Source of the DNA: Desulfurellaceae bacterium
GTDB lineage: Bacteria > Desulfobacterota > Binatia > Bin18
Direction of reading: 5' to 3'
DNA length: 64,000 nucleotides
Assembly: GCA_021296095.1 (NCBI GenBank)
Contig: JAGWBB010000005.1
Coordinates: 2,937-66,936, forward strand
Numbering within the stretch: the stretch's first letter is position 1; each line of letters begins with the position of its first letter. Below the pieces are notes generated by a model. That model saw only the letters and a program-made list of their open reading frames with translations. It was not told where the DNA came from and made no database searches. A program made the position numbers and the translations under genes. Shown in pieces: positions 29,901-43,002 of this stretch.

Positions 29901-30067
29901 TGGCCCGGGTACTCGGTGTAGATGATGACCTGGACGTCGGACAGGTCGGGCAGGGCGTCGAGCGGCGTTCGTAACAGCGCAGAGACGCCGGCCGCCGCGA
30001 CAAGCAGACCGAGGAGCACCACCAGGAAGCGGTTGGTGATTGACCAGTCAATGATGCGCCCACACAT
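26939..30067 (-). CDS. cusA: heavy-metal efflux RND pump, CusA/CzcA family
   Basis: 1042 aa, 12-TM RND architecture. N-terminus IIDWSITNRFLVVLLGLL...YTEYPGQAPRIVEDQVTYPLT is typical of HME-RND CusA. Confidence 0.95.
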   Translation of the reverse strand: MCGRIIDWSITNRFLVVLLGLLVAAAGVSALLRTPLDALPDLSDVQVIIYTEYPGQAPRIVEDQVTYPLTTQMLAAPFAKVVRGYSFFGFSFVYIIFEDGTDLYWARSRVLEYLNSVSGQLPPGVAPRLGPDATGAGWAFMYALKSDRHDLSELRSIQDWFLKYELTSVPGVSEVASVGGFVRQYQISVDPNRLRAYDISISTIRTAVQHSNSDVGGRLLEVAEKEFMIRGLGYLESQDDLRKIALGVDRSGTPILLQDVARVGVGPETRRGLAEWNGEGETVGGIIVVRYGASTLRVIRAVKAKLEQLKAGLPQGVEIAVAYDRTALIDRAVASLRTSLSQQFLIVGLVCLLFLFHMRSGLVAIISLPVGILIAFIAIFFQGLSVNIMSLGGIAVAIGTMVDAGIVMVENAHAHLARDRERRPHWQIIAASAKEVGPSLFFALLVITVSFMPVFTLEAQEGRLFKPLAFTKTYAMAAAALLSVTLVPVLVGYCVRGRILPQDLNPISRLLIYVYRPVLSFVLRFKSSALAVAFVALAVSFVPFSRLGSEFMPRLWEGDLLYMPTTLPSISITKARELLQQTDRIIKTFPEVDKVFGKVGRADSATDPAPLSMIETTIMLKPQSEWRAGMTPEKLTQELNAAIQVPGLTNAWTMPIEARIDMLSTGIKTPVGIKIAGPDLAELERLGQEIEAVIRELPGTRSVYAERVMGGNYLDFKIDRGAIARYGLTVDDVQQVIQTAIGGMNITTTVEGLERYPVNLRYSRELRDDLPALRSVLVPTPAGPQIPLGRLASLRYTVGPPSIKTEGARPNAWVYIDIRNTDVGSYVTAARHAVADRIALPVGYTLAWSGQYEYMQRAQQRLGYVIPLTLLLIFILIYLNTNSATETLFVLFGVPFALTGAIWLLYILDYNLSIAVWVGVIALAGLHAETAIVLLLYLDLSYTDYRKRGLLTDRSALVEAITDGAVKRVRPILMTIATDVIGLLPIMWSAGAGADVMKRIATPLVGGIVTSGLVTLLVYPVVYYVWKARGLSQPSQEPEPRN

Positions 30068-30078
30068 CGCCCACCTCC

Positions 30079-31401
30079 TCAGTGATGATGCTGAGTCGGC
30101 GCCGAAGCCGGTGCGGACTGCTCGGGGGCGCCGTCGTTCAGCAGCTGTGAGATAGCGGCCTTAAGATTGCTGTCGGAGTCAATCAGAAACTGTGAGGAGA
30201 CCACGACCGCCTCGCCGGGGGAGAGCCCGGCGGTGACCTCCTGCATGTCACCGCCCGCCATGCCCAGCTTGACCTCACGGGGCTCAAACACGCCGCCACC
30301 CTTGGCGACGATGACGACCGCTCGTTCCCCGCTGTGCAGGACAGACTCGGCCGGCGCTATCACCGCCCGGGCCGACCCGGCCGCCTGGGCGGAGACCGTG
30401 ACGTACATCATCGGCCTCAGGCGGAGGCCCGGGTTGGCAACCTCGACAAAGGCGGTCAGGGTCCGCGTGTGCTGGTTGACGGCCGGACGAAAGAAGAGAA
30501 TCGTGCCGTCCCAGCGCCGCCCCGGAAACGCGTCGACCTCGATCAGCACCCGCTGGCCTTCACGCACATGGCGTACATCGTTTTCGTAGAACTCGGCTTT
30601 GGCCCACAGCGTAGCGTGGTCGGCAATCTTGAGGACGGTCATGCCCGGGCTGAGTTTCATGCCCTCCAGGGAATCGCCCATCTTGTCGACAATAAACCCG
30701 GAAGAGGGTGAGAAGAAGCGGACCGTGCGGGTAACCGCTCTCGAAGCTCCGAGCGTGTCGATCTGCTCCTCGGTGATATCCCAGTAGCGCAGGCGTTCCC
30801 GGGCCGCTTCGAGCAGAGACTCGGCGCGGGCGACGGCCTCAGGGTAGGCCCTGTTTTGCCGCAGCCGCTCGACATAGTCCATGGCCGCCAGGTACTCACG
30901 CTGCGTCGTGAGCAACTGCGGGCTGTAGATCTCGAACAGCAGGTCGCCTTTCTCGACCAGTTCACCGACGTTGTTGACGCGCGCTTTCTCGATCCAGCCC
31001 TCGAATTTCGTGTTGACGGACACGAGCTTTTCTTCGTTGTGGGCCAGGACGCCGACGGTGCGAATCGAGACCGGCAGCGCACCGGTCGTGACCGGTGTCG
31101 TCCGCACCGCAAAGTTCTGCAAGAAGCCCCGGCTGACCCGAACCCCACCATTTTGTGGGGCTTGGTCTTCATAGACCGGAACGAGGTCCATGCCCATGGG
31201 TGACTTGCCCGGTTGGTCGGAGGTGTAGTTCGGGTCCATCGGGGCGCGCCAATACAGAATCTTCCGCTCGCCTGGGGCCGGTGCGGTGTGAGGGGGCGCA
31301 CCCCGCAGCGCGTCAAGCCGCTCCCAGCCGAGCAGGGCCGACGCGCCGACTCCGAGGCCAACACCAACGAGCAGCAATACAAAACCGCTAAGCCTTGTCA
31401 T
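30079..31401 (-). CDS. cusB: efflux RND periplasmic adaptor, CusB family
   Basis: 440 aa. The YWRAPMDPNYTSDQPGKSPMGMDLVPVY motif is typical of CusB-type MFPs. C-terminal HHH. Confidence 0.9.
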   Translation of the reverse strand: MTRLSGFVLLLVGVGLGVGASALLGWERLDALRGAPPHTAPAPGERKILYWRAPMDPNYTSDQPGKSPMGMDLVPVYEDQAPQNGGVRVSRGFLQNFAVRTTPVTTGALPVSIRTVGVLAHNEEKLVSVNTKFEGWIEKARVNNVGELVEKGDLLFEIYSPQLLTTQREYLAAMDYVERLRQNRAYPEAVARAESLLEAARERLRYWDITEEQIDTLGASRAVTRTVRFFSPSSGFIVDKMGDSLEGMKLSPGMTVLKIADHATLWAKAEFYENDVRHVREGQRVLIEVDAFPGRRWDGTILFFRPAVNQHTRTLTAFVEVANPGLRLRPMMYVTVSAQAAGSARAVIAPAESVLHSGERAVVIVAKGGGVFEPREVKLGMAGGDMQEVTAGLSPGEAVVVSSQFLIDSDSNLKAAISQLLNDGAPEQSAPASAPTQHHH

Positions 31402-32702
31402 GGTCTTTCCTCCGGGAAGGCCGACCCGATGGCACGTTCCATCTCGGCCAGGGCCTGCATGTAATCGGTTTCCAGACGCGCCAAGCCGAGCCGAACCTCA
31501 AGCAGGACCTCCTCGCTGTCCAGCAGTTCGAGCACCCCGGTCGTTCCGGTGGCATACGCCTCCTCGGTCGAGCGCAAAGCCTGTTCGGCCTGGGGCAGCA
31601 AGGCTCTCTCAAAGAGGGCGATCTGTTCATCGGTCATGCGCAGCCGGACCCCAACCGAACGGACAGCGGCGTCAACCGTGTTGACCACGTTGTGGTAGAC
31701 GGCCTTTGCCGCCGCAACCCGCTCGCTTGCCTCCTGCACTCCTGCGTCGTACTTCGAGCGGAAGAGGGGAAGGGTGAGGCTGAGGCTCAGGCTGTACACG
31801 TCTTTGCCGTTGCCGGGGGGTCGATTCAGTCCCGCTCTGGGCCGGCTGCGAACGTTTCCCCAACTGGCGCCCAGGGTGAAGTCGGGCCAGTACTGGCGTC
31901 GGGCCAGCTGCACGCCGCTCTGCCTGCTCTCGATCCGCAGCACGGCCTCCCTCACTTCGGGTCTGTTGGCGCGTCCGATTGCAGACAGCCGGTCGCTGTC
32001 GATGTGCACGACTGGCCGGTCAACGGGGCGGCCGGTTGGAATCGAGGTGTGGACCGGTCGGTCGCACAGCGCATTCAGCCCAGCCTCAAGCTCAACTCGT
32101 TGGCGCAGAAGTTCCTGCCGACGGTTCAGAACCTGGGTGATTTCAGCCTGGAGCTTGACGACCGCCTGCTGCAGGCCGACCCCCTGAGCGTAGCGTGCCT
32201 GAGCCAGGGTTTCATAATGGCGCAGGAGCTGCTCTTGTTCGGCAGTGATGCCGAGCGCTTGATCAATATAGCCGAGGTCGTAGTAGGCCAGTTTGATCTG
32301 GCGGACCAACTCGGCCCTGTTTTGCTGGTAGAGCGTATCACGGACGCCGGCCTGCTTGGCAGCAATCTTGCCCCGGTCCGACAGCTTGCCGAACCAGGGG
32401 AACTTCTGGCTTAGCGCGACGACTGTTGTCTGCGGACCGACCCGGGTCTCCGGGGACCGCGCGTGTTGCGTGACCGCCAGGCTCGGATCCGGCAGGGCGG
32501 TGACCTGGGCAACGCGCAACTGGGCGGCCTGAGCGTCCAGCAAGGCTTGGCGGAGCTGCGGATTGCTCTCAAGCGCTTGCTCGACCAGAGCGGCCAGCGT
32601 CGGATCGTTATTGGTCGCATAGGCCGGCGTGTCAGCCCGCGCCAGGCCGAGCGCCGGCAGGAACAGCCACGTGCAAAAGTAGAGCAGCACTCCCTTCTTC
32701 AT
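31398..32702 (-). CDS. cusC: TolC-family outer membrane factor (CusC/CzcC-like)
   Basis: 434 aa with signal peptide and two TolC repeats. 4-nt overlap with the cusB start. Confidence 0.85.
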   Translation of the reverse strand: MKKGVLLYFCTWLFLPALGLARADTPAYATNNDPTLAALVEQALESNPQLRQALLDAQAAQLRVAQVTALPDPSLAVTQHARSPETRVGPQTTVVALSQKFPWFGKLSDRGKIAAKQAGVRDTLYQQNRAELVRQIKLAYYDLGYIDQALGITAEQEQLLRHYETLAQARYAQGVGLQQAVVKLQAEITQVLNRRQELLRQRVELEAGLNALCDRPVHTSIPTGRPVDRPVVHIDSDRLSAIGRANRPEVREAVLRIESRQSGVQLARRQYWPDFTLGASWGNVRSRPRAGLNRPPGNGKDVYSLSLSLTLPLFRSKYDAGVQEASERVAAAKAVYHNVVNTVDAAVRSVGVRLRMTDEQIALFERALLPQAEQALRSTEEAYATGTTGVLELLDSEEVLLEVRLGLARLETDYMQALAEMERAIGSAFPEERP

Positions 32703-32836
32703 TCCCTTCCTCCAGTGTGGAACGGACTCGCCCGGGTCCCTGGGGACTCCGAGCGTGGCCTGAAAGTGGGCAGGCGTACTCGAACCGCAGGTGGACGAAG
32801 TCTGGGTGGTTCGAGCCGACTCAGATGAAGGGCGGC

Positions 32837-33199
32837 CTAGATGAGGAAAGTTTGGTGTCGGACGTACAGGGGCGGGCTGCGGTCAGGCCAGCGCGCAAGC
32901 GCGAGAAGGCCGACTCCCGGTCCGTCGCTGGCAGGTGGGTCGGCGACGGCTGACGGGGAGGGGGAGACGAGTTGGTAGTGCTGAACGGCAGGCTGCTGGG
33001 AAAGCGTGGCCGGGGTGCCGGTCAAGACACACAGCAGGTCGCACAGCGTTGTATGATTCCTGGCGTGGGTGCGCGAATCGTCACAGCAGTCGTGGGCTTC
33101 CTCGGCCTGCGCACCGAGCGTGATGGGCGCACAGGGGACGGCGCCCACAAGCAGGGCGAGTGAGACAACTACGATCCTGATGGCAATCCGTGTCTTCAC
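32837..33199 (-). CDS. small secreted His/Cys protein, CzcI-like
   Basis: GTG start and signal peptide (KTRIAIRIVVVSLALLVGAVPCAP). Contains HDCCDD...H..H..LCDLLC and a C-terminal WPDRSPP motif reminiscent of CzcI (RPDR). Sits directly upstream of the efflux operon. Confidence 0.5.
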   Translation of the reverse strand: MKTRIAIRIVVVSLALLVGAVPCAPITLGAQAEEAHDCCDDSRTHARNHTTLCDLLCVLTGTPATLSQQPAVQHYQLVSPSPSAVADPPASDGPGVGLLALARWPDRSPPLYVRHQTFLI

Positions 33200-33219
33200 C
33201 AGTAGTCTGCCGCTCCGGT

Positions 33220-33237
33220 TTCTTAGGATACTAAGAA
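33220..33237. promoter_or_regulatory. inverted repeat upstream of the czcI-like gene
   Basis: TTCTTAG-gata-CTAAGAA, 7-bp arms, 21-38 nt upstream of the GTG at 33199. Confidence 0.25.
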
Positions 33238-33267
33238 GCCTAGCACCATGCCGATTCCGGGCGCAAG

Positions 33268-34191
33268 TCAGCTCTTGTCCCGAAATTCCTTGAAGGCCAC
33301 CCGGACCAGATCGGGACGGTCTTCCTGAACATAGTGGCCGCTGCGCAGAATGACCGAGATGTCCGAATTGGGGATGTCTTCGTCGAGCTGGCGGCCGACC
33401 TCAAGCGGGACGATGGCGTCGTGTGGCCCCCAGACCAGCAGGGTGGGGACGGTCATTTGAGACAGTTGAGGGGTGATTTCTCCTTCGAGGACCGACTCGG
33501 CGTCAAACTCCCGGATAAACTTTCGCAGGCTGAGCCGCGCTCCGGGATCGTCCTGATAGGGCGCCAGATAGGGTCTGAGGGCGATATCGCTCATCTTTTC
33601 CTGAGCCTCCACCCCGGCCCGGAAGAGACGTTTGAGAAACCAGTCGCCGGTCAACAGCTGGCCGAGCCCGGGCAAGCCCAGCAGACGGACGTTGAGCGTC
33701 GGGCTGGCGTCGTACAGCGGGGCGCCGACCAGAATCAGCTTGCGGACTGCCCCCGGGTTGCGGACCGCGTGCAGGGCGACGATCAGGGCTCCGGCTCCCT
33801 GACCCCCAAGGATGGGATTCTCCAGGTTGAGTTCTTGCAGAAAGGCGTCGAGCTGGGAGACATAGGTCTCGATATCGTAGCGCCGATCCTGGGGCTTTTC
33901 CGAATAGCCGAAGCCCATCAGGTCGAGGGTATAGACGGTCGTACCATAGGTCAGGCCCGGGATGATATTGCGCCACACGTAGGACGAGGCGCCAAGCCCG
34001 TGTAACAAGACCATCGGTCGGCCTAAGCCCTGTTGATCGTAGTGCAGGGCTACCCCGTCGATGTCGATGTATTTTTTGTCCGGGTATTTATCCTGGAGCG
34101 CCGCGCCGGATAAGCTGGGCTGCGAGCCGCAGGCCGACAGCAGCACGGTCACGGTTAACAGCCCCGCCTTCAGCCACATGAACTCTTGCAT
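33268..34191 (-). CDS. haloalkane-dehalogenase-like alpha/beta-fold lipoprotein lacking the nucleophile
   Basis: Lipobox LLSAC after the ATG at 34191. HLD-type motifs SSYVWRNIIPGL, DLMGFGYSEKP and GHYVQEDRPDLV. The nucleophile elbow reads GGQGAG, with Gly at the nucleophile position. Confidence 0.75.
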   Translation of the reverse strand: MQEFMWLKAGLLTVTVLLSACGSQPSLSGAALQDKYPDKKYIDIDGVALHYDQQGLGRPMVLLHGLGASSYVWRNIIPGLTYGTTVYTLDLMGFGYSEKPQDRRYDIETYVSQLDAFLQELNLENPILGGQGAGALIVALHAVRNPGAVRKLILVGAPLYDASPTLNVRLLGLPGLGQLLTGDWFLKRLFRAGVEAQEKMSDIALRPYLAPYQDDPGARLSLRKFIREFDAESVLEGEITPQLSQMTVPTLLVWGPHDAIVPLEVGRQLDEDIPNSDISVILRSGHYVQEDRPDLVRVAFKEFRDKS

Positions 34192-34343
34192 ACGTCTACT
34201 CACTTTCTCGGTCGCTTCCTCAAAACCGGCAGTAGTCCCGAAGTTTGACACGCCCGAACCGGACGCGCACAATGACGCCGGTCGAGTTTCACGCACTGTA
34301 GCCGTGCGCAGGGATTTCGACAAGACTGATTAAGGAGGAAAAC

Positions 34344-34997
34344 ATGGCCCAACACGAGCTGTTTGACATGATGGCCTCGACCCGCAGCATGCGCCGTCTG
34401 AAACCCGATCCGGTTCCCGACGCGCTCATTTACCAAATCCTGGACGCCGGGATTCGGGCGCCGAGCGGCACCAATACCCAGAACTGGCGTTTCGTGGTGG
34501 TCAAAGACCCGGACATCAAAAAACAGGTGGCCGCAGTCTACCAGAAAGGCTGGGCTCAGGTTGAGGACATGTACGCGGACCGGCCCGGACCCGAACACAT
34601 GGAAGACACAAAATTTCGGCGGCTGATCAGCGCCGCCGCCTATCTGGCCCAGAACATGGCCGAGGTGCCGGTCCTGCTGTTCGCCTGTCTCAAAGAACGA
34701 CCCATGCCGCCGGAGTTGGCGGCCAGACTGGCCCGCCTGTCCGGTTCGAGTATCTATCCTGCCGTCCAGAACATGTTGCTGGCGTGTCGGGCCCTGGGAC
34801 TCGGTGCCACCCTGACGACAGTTGCCTCGCTCCACGAAGAAGAAATCAGGACCGTCTTGAAGCTGCCCGAGGACATTTCGACCTATGCCCTGCTGCCGAT
34901 CGGCTATCCCATGGGCCGATTTGGGCCGGTGACGCGTGTGCCGGCTGAGGAGGTGACCTGTGTCGATCAGTGGGGCACGCCCCTCAAAAAGGGCTGA
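34344..34997 (+). CDS. nitroreductase family protein
   Basis: 217 aa. RSMRRLKPDPVP...APSGTNTQNWRFVVV is a typical nitroreductase N-terminus. AAGGAGG SD. Confidence 0.85.
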   Translation: MAQHELFDMMASTRSMRRLKPDPVPDALIYQILDAGIRAPSGTNTQNWRFVVVKDPDIKKQVAAVYQKGWAQVEDMYADRPGPEHMEDTKFRRLISAAAYLAQNMAEVPVLLFACLKERPMPPELAARLARLSGSSIYPAVQNMLLACRALGLGATLTTVASLHEEEIRTVLKLPEDISTYALLPIGYPMGRFGPVTRVPAEEVTCVDQWGTPLKKG

Positions 34998-35035
34998 GGA
35001 GGGGTTGGCCGGGCCGGTAACGGTTAGCCGTTTTA

Positions 35036-35536
35036 TCAGTCGTCTTGGTTGTTCCGGCTCAGCAGGGTGGTAATCGCCCACTCATAGCCGTCGGTTAGCG
35101 CCATCCAGGCCGAGGCGAGCAGGTCGCGCGACGTGCGCATGGTGCTCCACCGCTGTTGCCCGTCGCTGAATTTCATGATCGACACCACCTCGGCGGCGGT
35201 GCCCTGTCCACCCCGATGGGTGTACAACTCAACGAGCTGTACACCCTTGATCATCGGAAAATAGTGGAGCAAGACCCGACGCAGCGCCGAGTCCAGGGCC
35301 TGGACGCCGCCCACGCCCTGAGCGGCTTCAATCTTCTCCTGGCCGTTCACCTCGATAACAACCACCGCGTCTATGGCCCGGCGCCCTTCCCATTCCTCGT
35401 CAACCACGCGCCAGCGGACGATTTCAAACGGTGGACGGTAGTGCGGATCCTGCCGCCAGCGGGCCACGTCCTGCGAGGCCTGGGGGGCCGTGGCGGCGTC
35501 AAAAAAGTCTTCAGCTGGTTCTTGTTTTTGTGCCAT
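35036..35536 (-). CDS. stand-alone LeuA/CimA allosteric (LeuA_dimer-like) domain protein
   Basis: 166 aa. GVGGVQALDSALRRVL...VQLVELYTHRGGQGTAAEVVSIMKFSDGQQRWSTMRTSRDLLASAWMALTDGYEWAI resembles the C-terminal regulatory domain of isopropylmalate/citramalate synthases. No catalytic TIM barrel. Confidence 0.65.
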   Translation of the reverse strand: MAQKQEPAEDFFDAATAPQASQDVARWRQDPHYRPPFEIVRWRVVDEEWEGRRAIDAVVVIEVNGQEKIEAAQGVGGVQALDSALRRVLLHYFPMIKGVQLVELYTHRGGQGTAAEVVSIMKFSDGQQRWSTMRTSRDLLASAWMALTDGYEWAITTLLSRNNQDD

Positions 35537-35586
35537 GCAGACTTTCTGTATGTTTGTGGTAGGAGATACTTACCATACAAGGAGTG

Positions 35587-35826
35587 TTAGACCTCGCCCA
35601 GGGTGTCCCAGTGAATTTCCCAGAATTGGGGCAGGGGCGGGGAAAATTCGAAGTGCCCGCCAAAGCACGCAAAGCTGGGTTGGTGGGATAAGCGCTCGCG
35701 CAGCAGGTGGAGATAGTCCTCGAGCTCCTGCTCGGTCGGGTCCCCTGCTGCGTTGCTGACGGGGGGGGACCCGATATCCATGCGCCTGCGCTGGCCACAC
35801 TTTTGACAACTGATATCCACGTGCAT
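35587..35826 (-). CDS. hypothetical 79-aa protein
   Basis: ORF with a CxxC near the N-terminus (SCQKCG), 50 nt upstream of the LeuA_dimer-like gene on the same strand. No family recognised. Confidence 0.45.
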   Translation of the reverse strand: MHVDISCQKCGQRRRMDIGSPPVSNAAGDPTEQELEDYLHLLRERLSHQPSFACFGGHFEFSPPLPQFWEIHWDTLGEV

Positions 35827-35901
35827 AGGCTCCCCTGGATTTGCTGGCCTGAACCAGATACATAGTACTGCCTACATGACTCCAAAGGAGGCTGCAAGCG
35901 C

Positions 35902-36255
35902 ATGCCGTTGGTCACATTTGTGAAGCAAGAGCTGAGTATCGAGGTGCCCGAAGGGGCGAACCTGCGGGACGTCGCGCTGGAGAACAAGATTGACCTGTAC
36001 GCGTTCCCGGATAGCCTGCTCAACTGCCGCGGGCGCGGCCTGTGCGGCACCTGCCGGGTACAGGTCGACGACCATCGGGCTCTGTCCGAACGCACCATAA
36101 CGGATGAAAAAAAGAACGGCTGGGAGGGGAAAACCTATCGCCTGGCCTGCCAGTCGCAAGTGCTCGACGATGTGTCGGTTGTCACCAGTCCGCGTCGCAT
36201 TCGGGGCTGGATGGACCATTCGACCTACGCCACAATGAAGAAACAAGGCGCCTGA
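35902..36255 (+). CDS. 2Fe-2S ferredoxin
   Basis: 117 aa. Cluster motif CRGRGLCGTCRV ... LAC (Cx5Cx2C...C, as in NqrF-type 2Fe-2S domains). Confidence 0.8.
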   Translation: MPLVTFVKQELSIEVPEGANLRDVALENKIDLYAFPDSLLNCRGRGLCGTCRVQVDDHRALSERTITDEKKNGWEGKTYRLACQSQVLDDVSVVTSPRRIRGWMDHSTYATMKKQGA

Positions 36256-36300
36256 GTGCTCAAGCCCCAACCACTACATCTTGTGGGCTGGTCGGTTCCC

Positions 36301-36329
36301 TTGTCAAAGGGATAGCGCTTTGATATGAA
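36301..36329 (+). promoter_or_regulatory. candidate promoter in the fdx-guaB spacer
   Basis: TTGTCA (36301-36306), 17 nt, TATGAA (36324-36329). Recognised by eye only. Confidence 0.3.
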
Positions 36330-36365
36330 AAGCCATGCTCGTAGCGGCAAGCCTAGTCAGAACCG

Positions 36366-37900
<1,535 letters not shown>

Positions 37901-37927
37901 GGGCGGATAGCGGCCCTCCAGCGTCAT

Positions 37928-39454
37928 ATGATTCTTATTCTTGACTTTGGCAGCCAATACACCCAGCTGATCGCCCGCCGCGTACGGGAAGCCCAGGTGT
38001 ATTGCGAAATTCATCCCTACTCTGCGGCGGCCGAGGCCATCCGCCGGCTGCAACCCCAGGGCATTATCCTGTCGGGTGGGCCGGCCAGCGTGTATGAGGC
38101 CGACGCGCCCCGGCTGGCGGCGGCGGTGGTTGATACGCCGGTACCTTTTCTGGGCATCTGCTACGGCATGGGCGTCCTGCACCAGCTGGCCGGGGCCGAG
38201 ATGGTCAGGGCTGAGCGGCGGGAGTTCGGGGCGGCTCGGCTGTTTGTCGATGATACGCGTGACCTGTTTGCCGGATTCTCCAGCACCGACTCCAGCCAGG
38301 TCTGGATGAGCCACGGCGATAAGTCCGAGCGCCTGCCGGCCGGCTGGTCGGTGCTGGCCCATTCGCCAAACTCGCCGATCGCAGCCTGCCGCGATACCTC
38401 GGGCCGCCTGTTCGGGGTGCAGTTTCATCCCGAGGTGGTGCATACCGAGCGTGGCCGCGAGGTCTTGCACAATTTCCTGTTTCGGGTGTGTGGCTGTCGG
38501 CCCGACTGGACCATGGAAGGCTTTGTGGAGCACGAGATTGCGCGCATCCGCCAGCAGGTCGGCGACGGTCGGGTAGTGTGCGGGCTGAGCGGCGGGGTCG
38601 ATTCCGCAGTCGTAGCCGCCCTGCTCAGCCGGGCGATCGGTGAGCGCCTGACGTGTATCTTTGTTGATAACGGTCTGCTGCGCCAGGGCGAGGCCGAGCA
38701 GGTCGAGCAGACCTTCTCCGGTCTCGGAATCCGGCTGCGGTGTGTCAATGCGGCCGAGCGCTTTCTCAAGAACCTGGCCGGAGTTGAAGACCCGGAGCGC
38801 AAGCGCCGGATTATCGGTCACACCTTCATCGATGTCTTTGAGGAAGCCGCCCGCCCGCTGCGAGCCGACTTTCTGGCCCAGGGCACCCTGTACCCGGACG
38901 TGATCGAGTCGGTGTCGTTCAAGGGCCCGTCGGCCACCATCAAAAGCCACCACAACGTCGGCGGCCTGCCCGAGCGTATGCGGCTGGCCCTGGTCGAGCC
39001 CCTGCGCGAGCTGTTCAAAGATGAGGTCCGGGTGCTGGGGCGTATCCTGGAGCTGTCCGAGGAGATTGTTGGTCGTCAGCCTTTTCCCGGACCGGGCCTG
39101 GCCATTCGTATACTCGGGGCAGTCGAGGAATCGCAGCTGGCGCTCCTGCGCCGGGCCGACGCCATCGTCGATCAGGAAATCCGGGTGGCGGATTTCTACC
39201 ACAAGATGTGGCAGACCTTTGCCGTCCTGCTGCCGGTCAAAAGCGTCGGGGTGATGGGCGATGCGCGAACCTATGAGAACGTGGTCGCCATCCGGGCGGT
39301 CGAGAGCGTAGACGGCATGACCGCCGACTGGGCCCGGCTGCCGCACGAGCTGCTGAATACCATAGCGAACCGCATCATCAACGAAGTCCGAGGCATCAAC
39401 CGGGTGGTGCTGGATATTTCGTCCAAGCCGCCGGCAACCATCGAGTGGGAATGA
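37928..39454 (+). CDS. guaA: GMP synthase (glutamine-hydrolysing)
   Basis: 508 aa. GATase domain ([25 protein letters not shown]), ATP-PPase SGGVDS motif, C-terminal dimerisation domain ending PPATIEWE. Confidence 0.95.
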   Translation: MILILDFGSQYTQLIARRVREAQVYCEIHPYSAAAEAIRRLQPQGIILSGGPASVYEADAPRLAAAVVDTPVPFLGICYGMGVLHQLAGAEMVRAERREFGAARLFVDDTRDLFAGFSSTDSSQVWMSHGDKSERLPAGWSVLAHSPNSPIAACRDTSGRLFGVQFHPEVVHTERGREVLHNFLFRVCGCRPDWTMEGFVEHEIARIRQQVGDGRVVCGLSGGVDSAVVAALLSRAIGERLTCIFVDNGLLRQGEAEQVEQTFSGLGIRLRCVNAAERFLKNLAGVEDPERKRRIIGHTFIDVFEEAARPLRADFLAQGTLYPDVIESVSFKGPSATIKSHHNVGGLPERMRLALVEPLRELFKDEVRVLGRILELSEEIVGRQPFPGPGLAIRILGAVEESQLALLRRADAIVDQEIRVADFYHKMWQTFAVLLPVKSVGVMGDARTYENVVAIRAVESVDGMTADWARLPHELLNTIANRIINEVRGINRVVLDISSKPPATIEWE

Positions 39455-39513
39455 GGAACCGCCGAGTGACGTCTGTCGAGCGACGCCCGAGCGGTGACGG
39501 AGGGGAAGTCGGA

Positions 39514-42981
<3,468 letters not shown>

Positions 42982-43002
42982 ACCGCTGAACTGGTCCGGG
43001 CT

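Noticed and set aside
34998-35035. AACGG-TTAG-CCGTT hairpin between the convergent nitroreductase and LeuA_dimer-like genes, considered as a terminator.
   Set aside because: The stem is only 5 bp with a short interrupted T tract, too weak to call.
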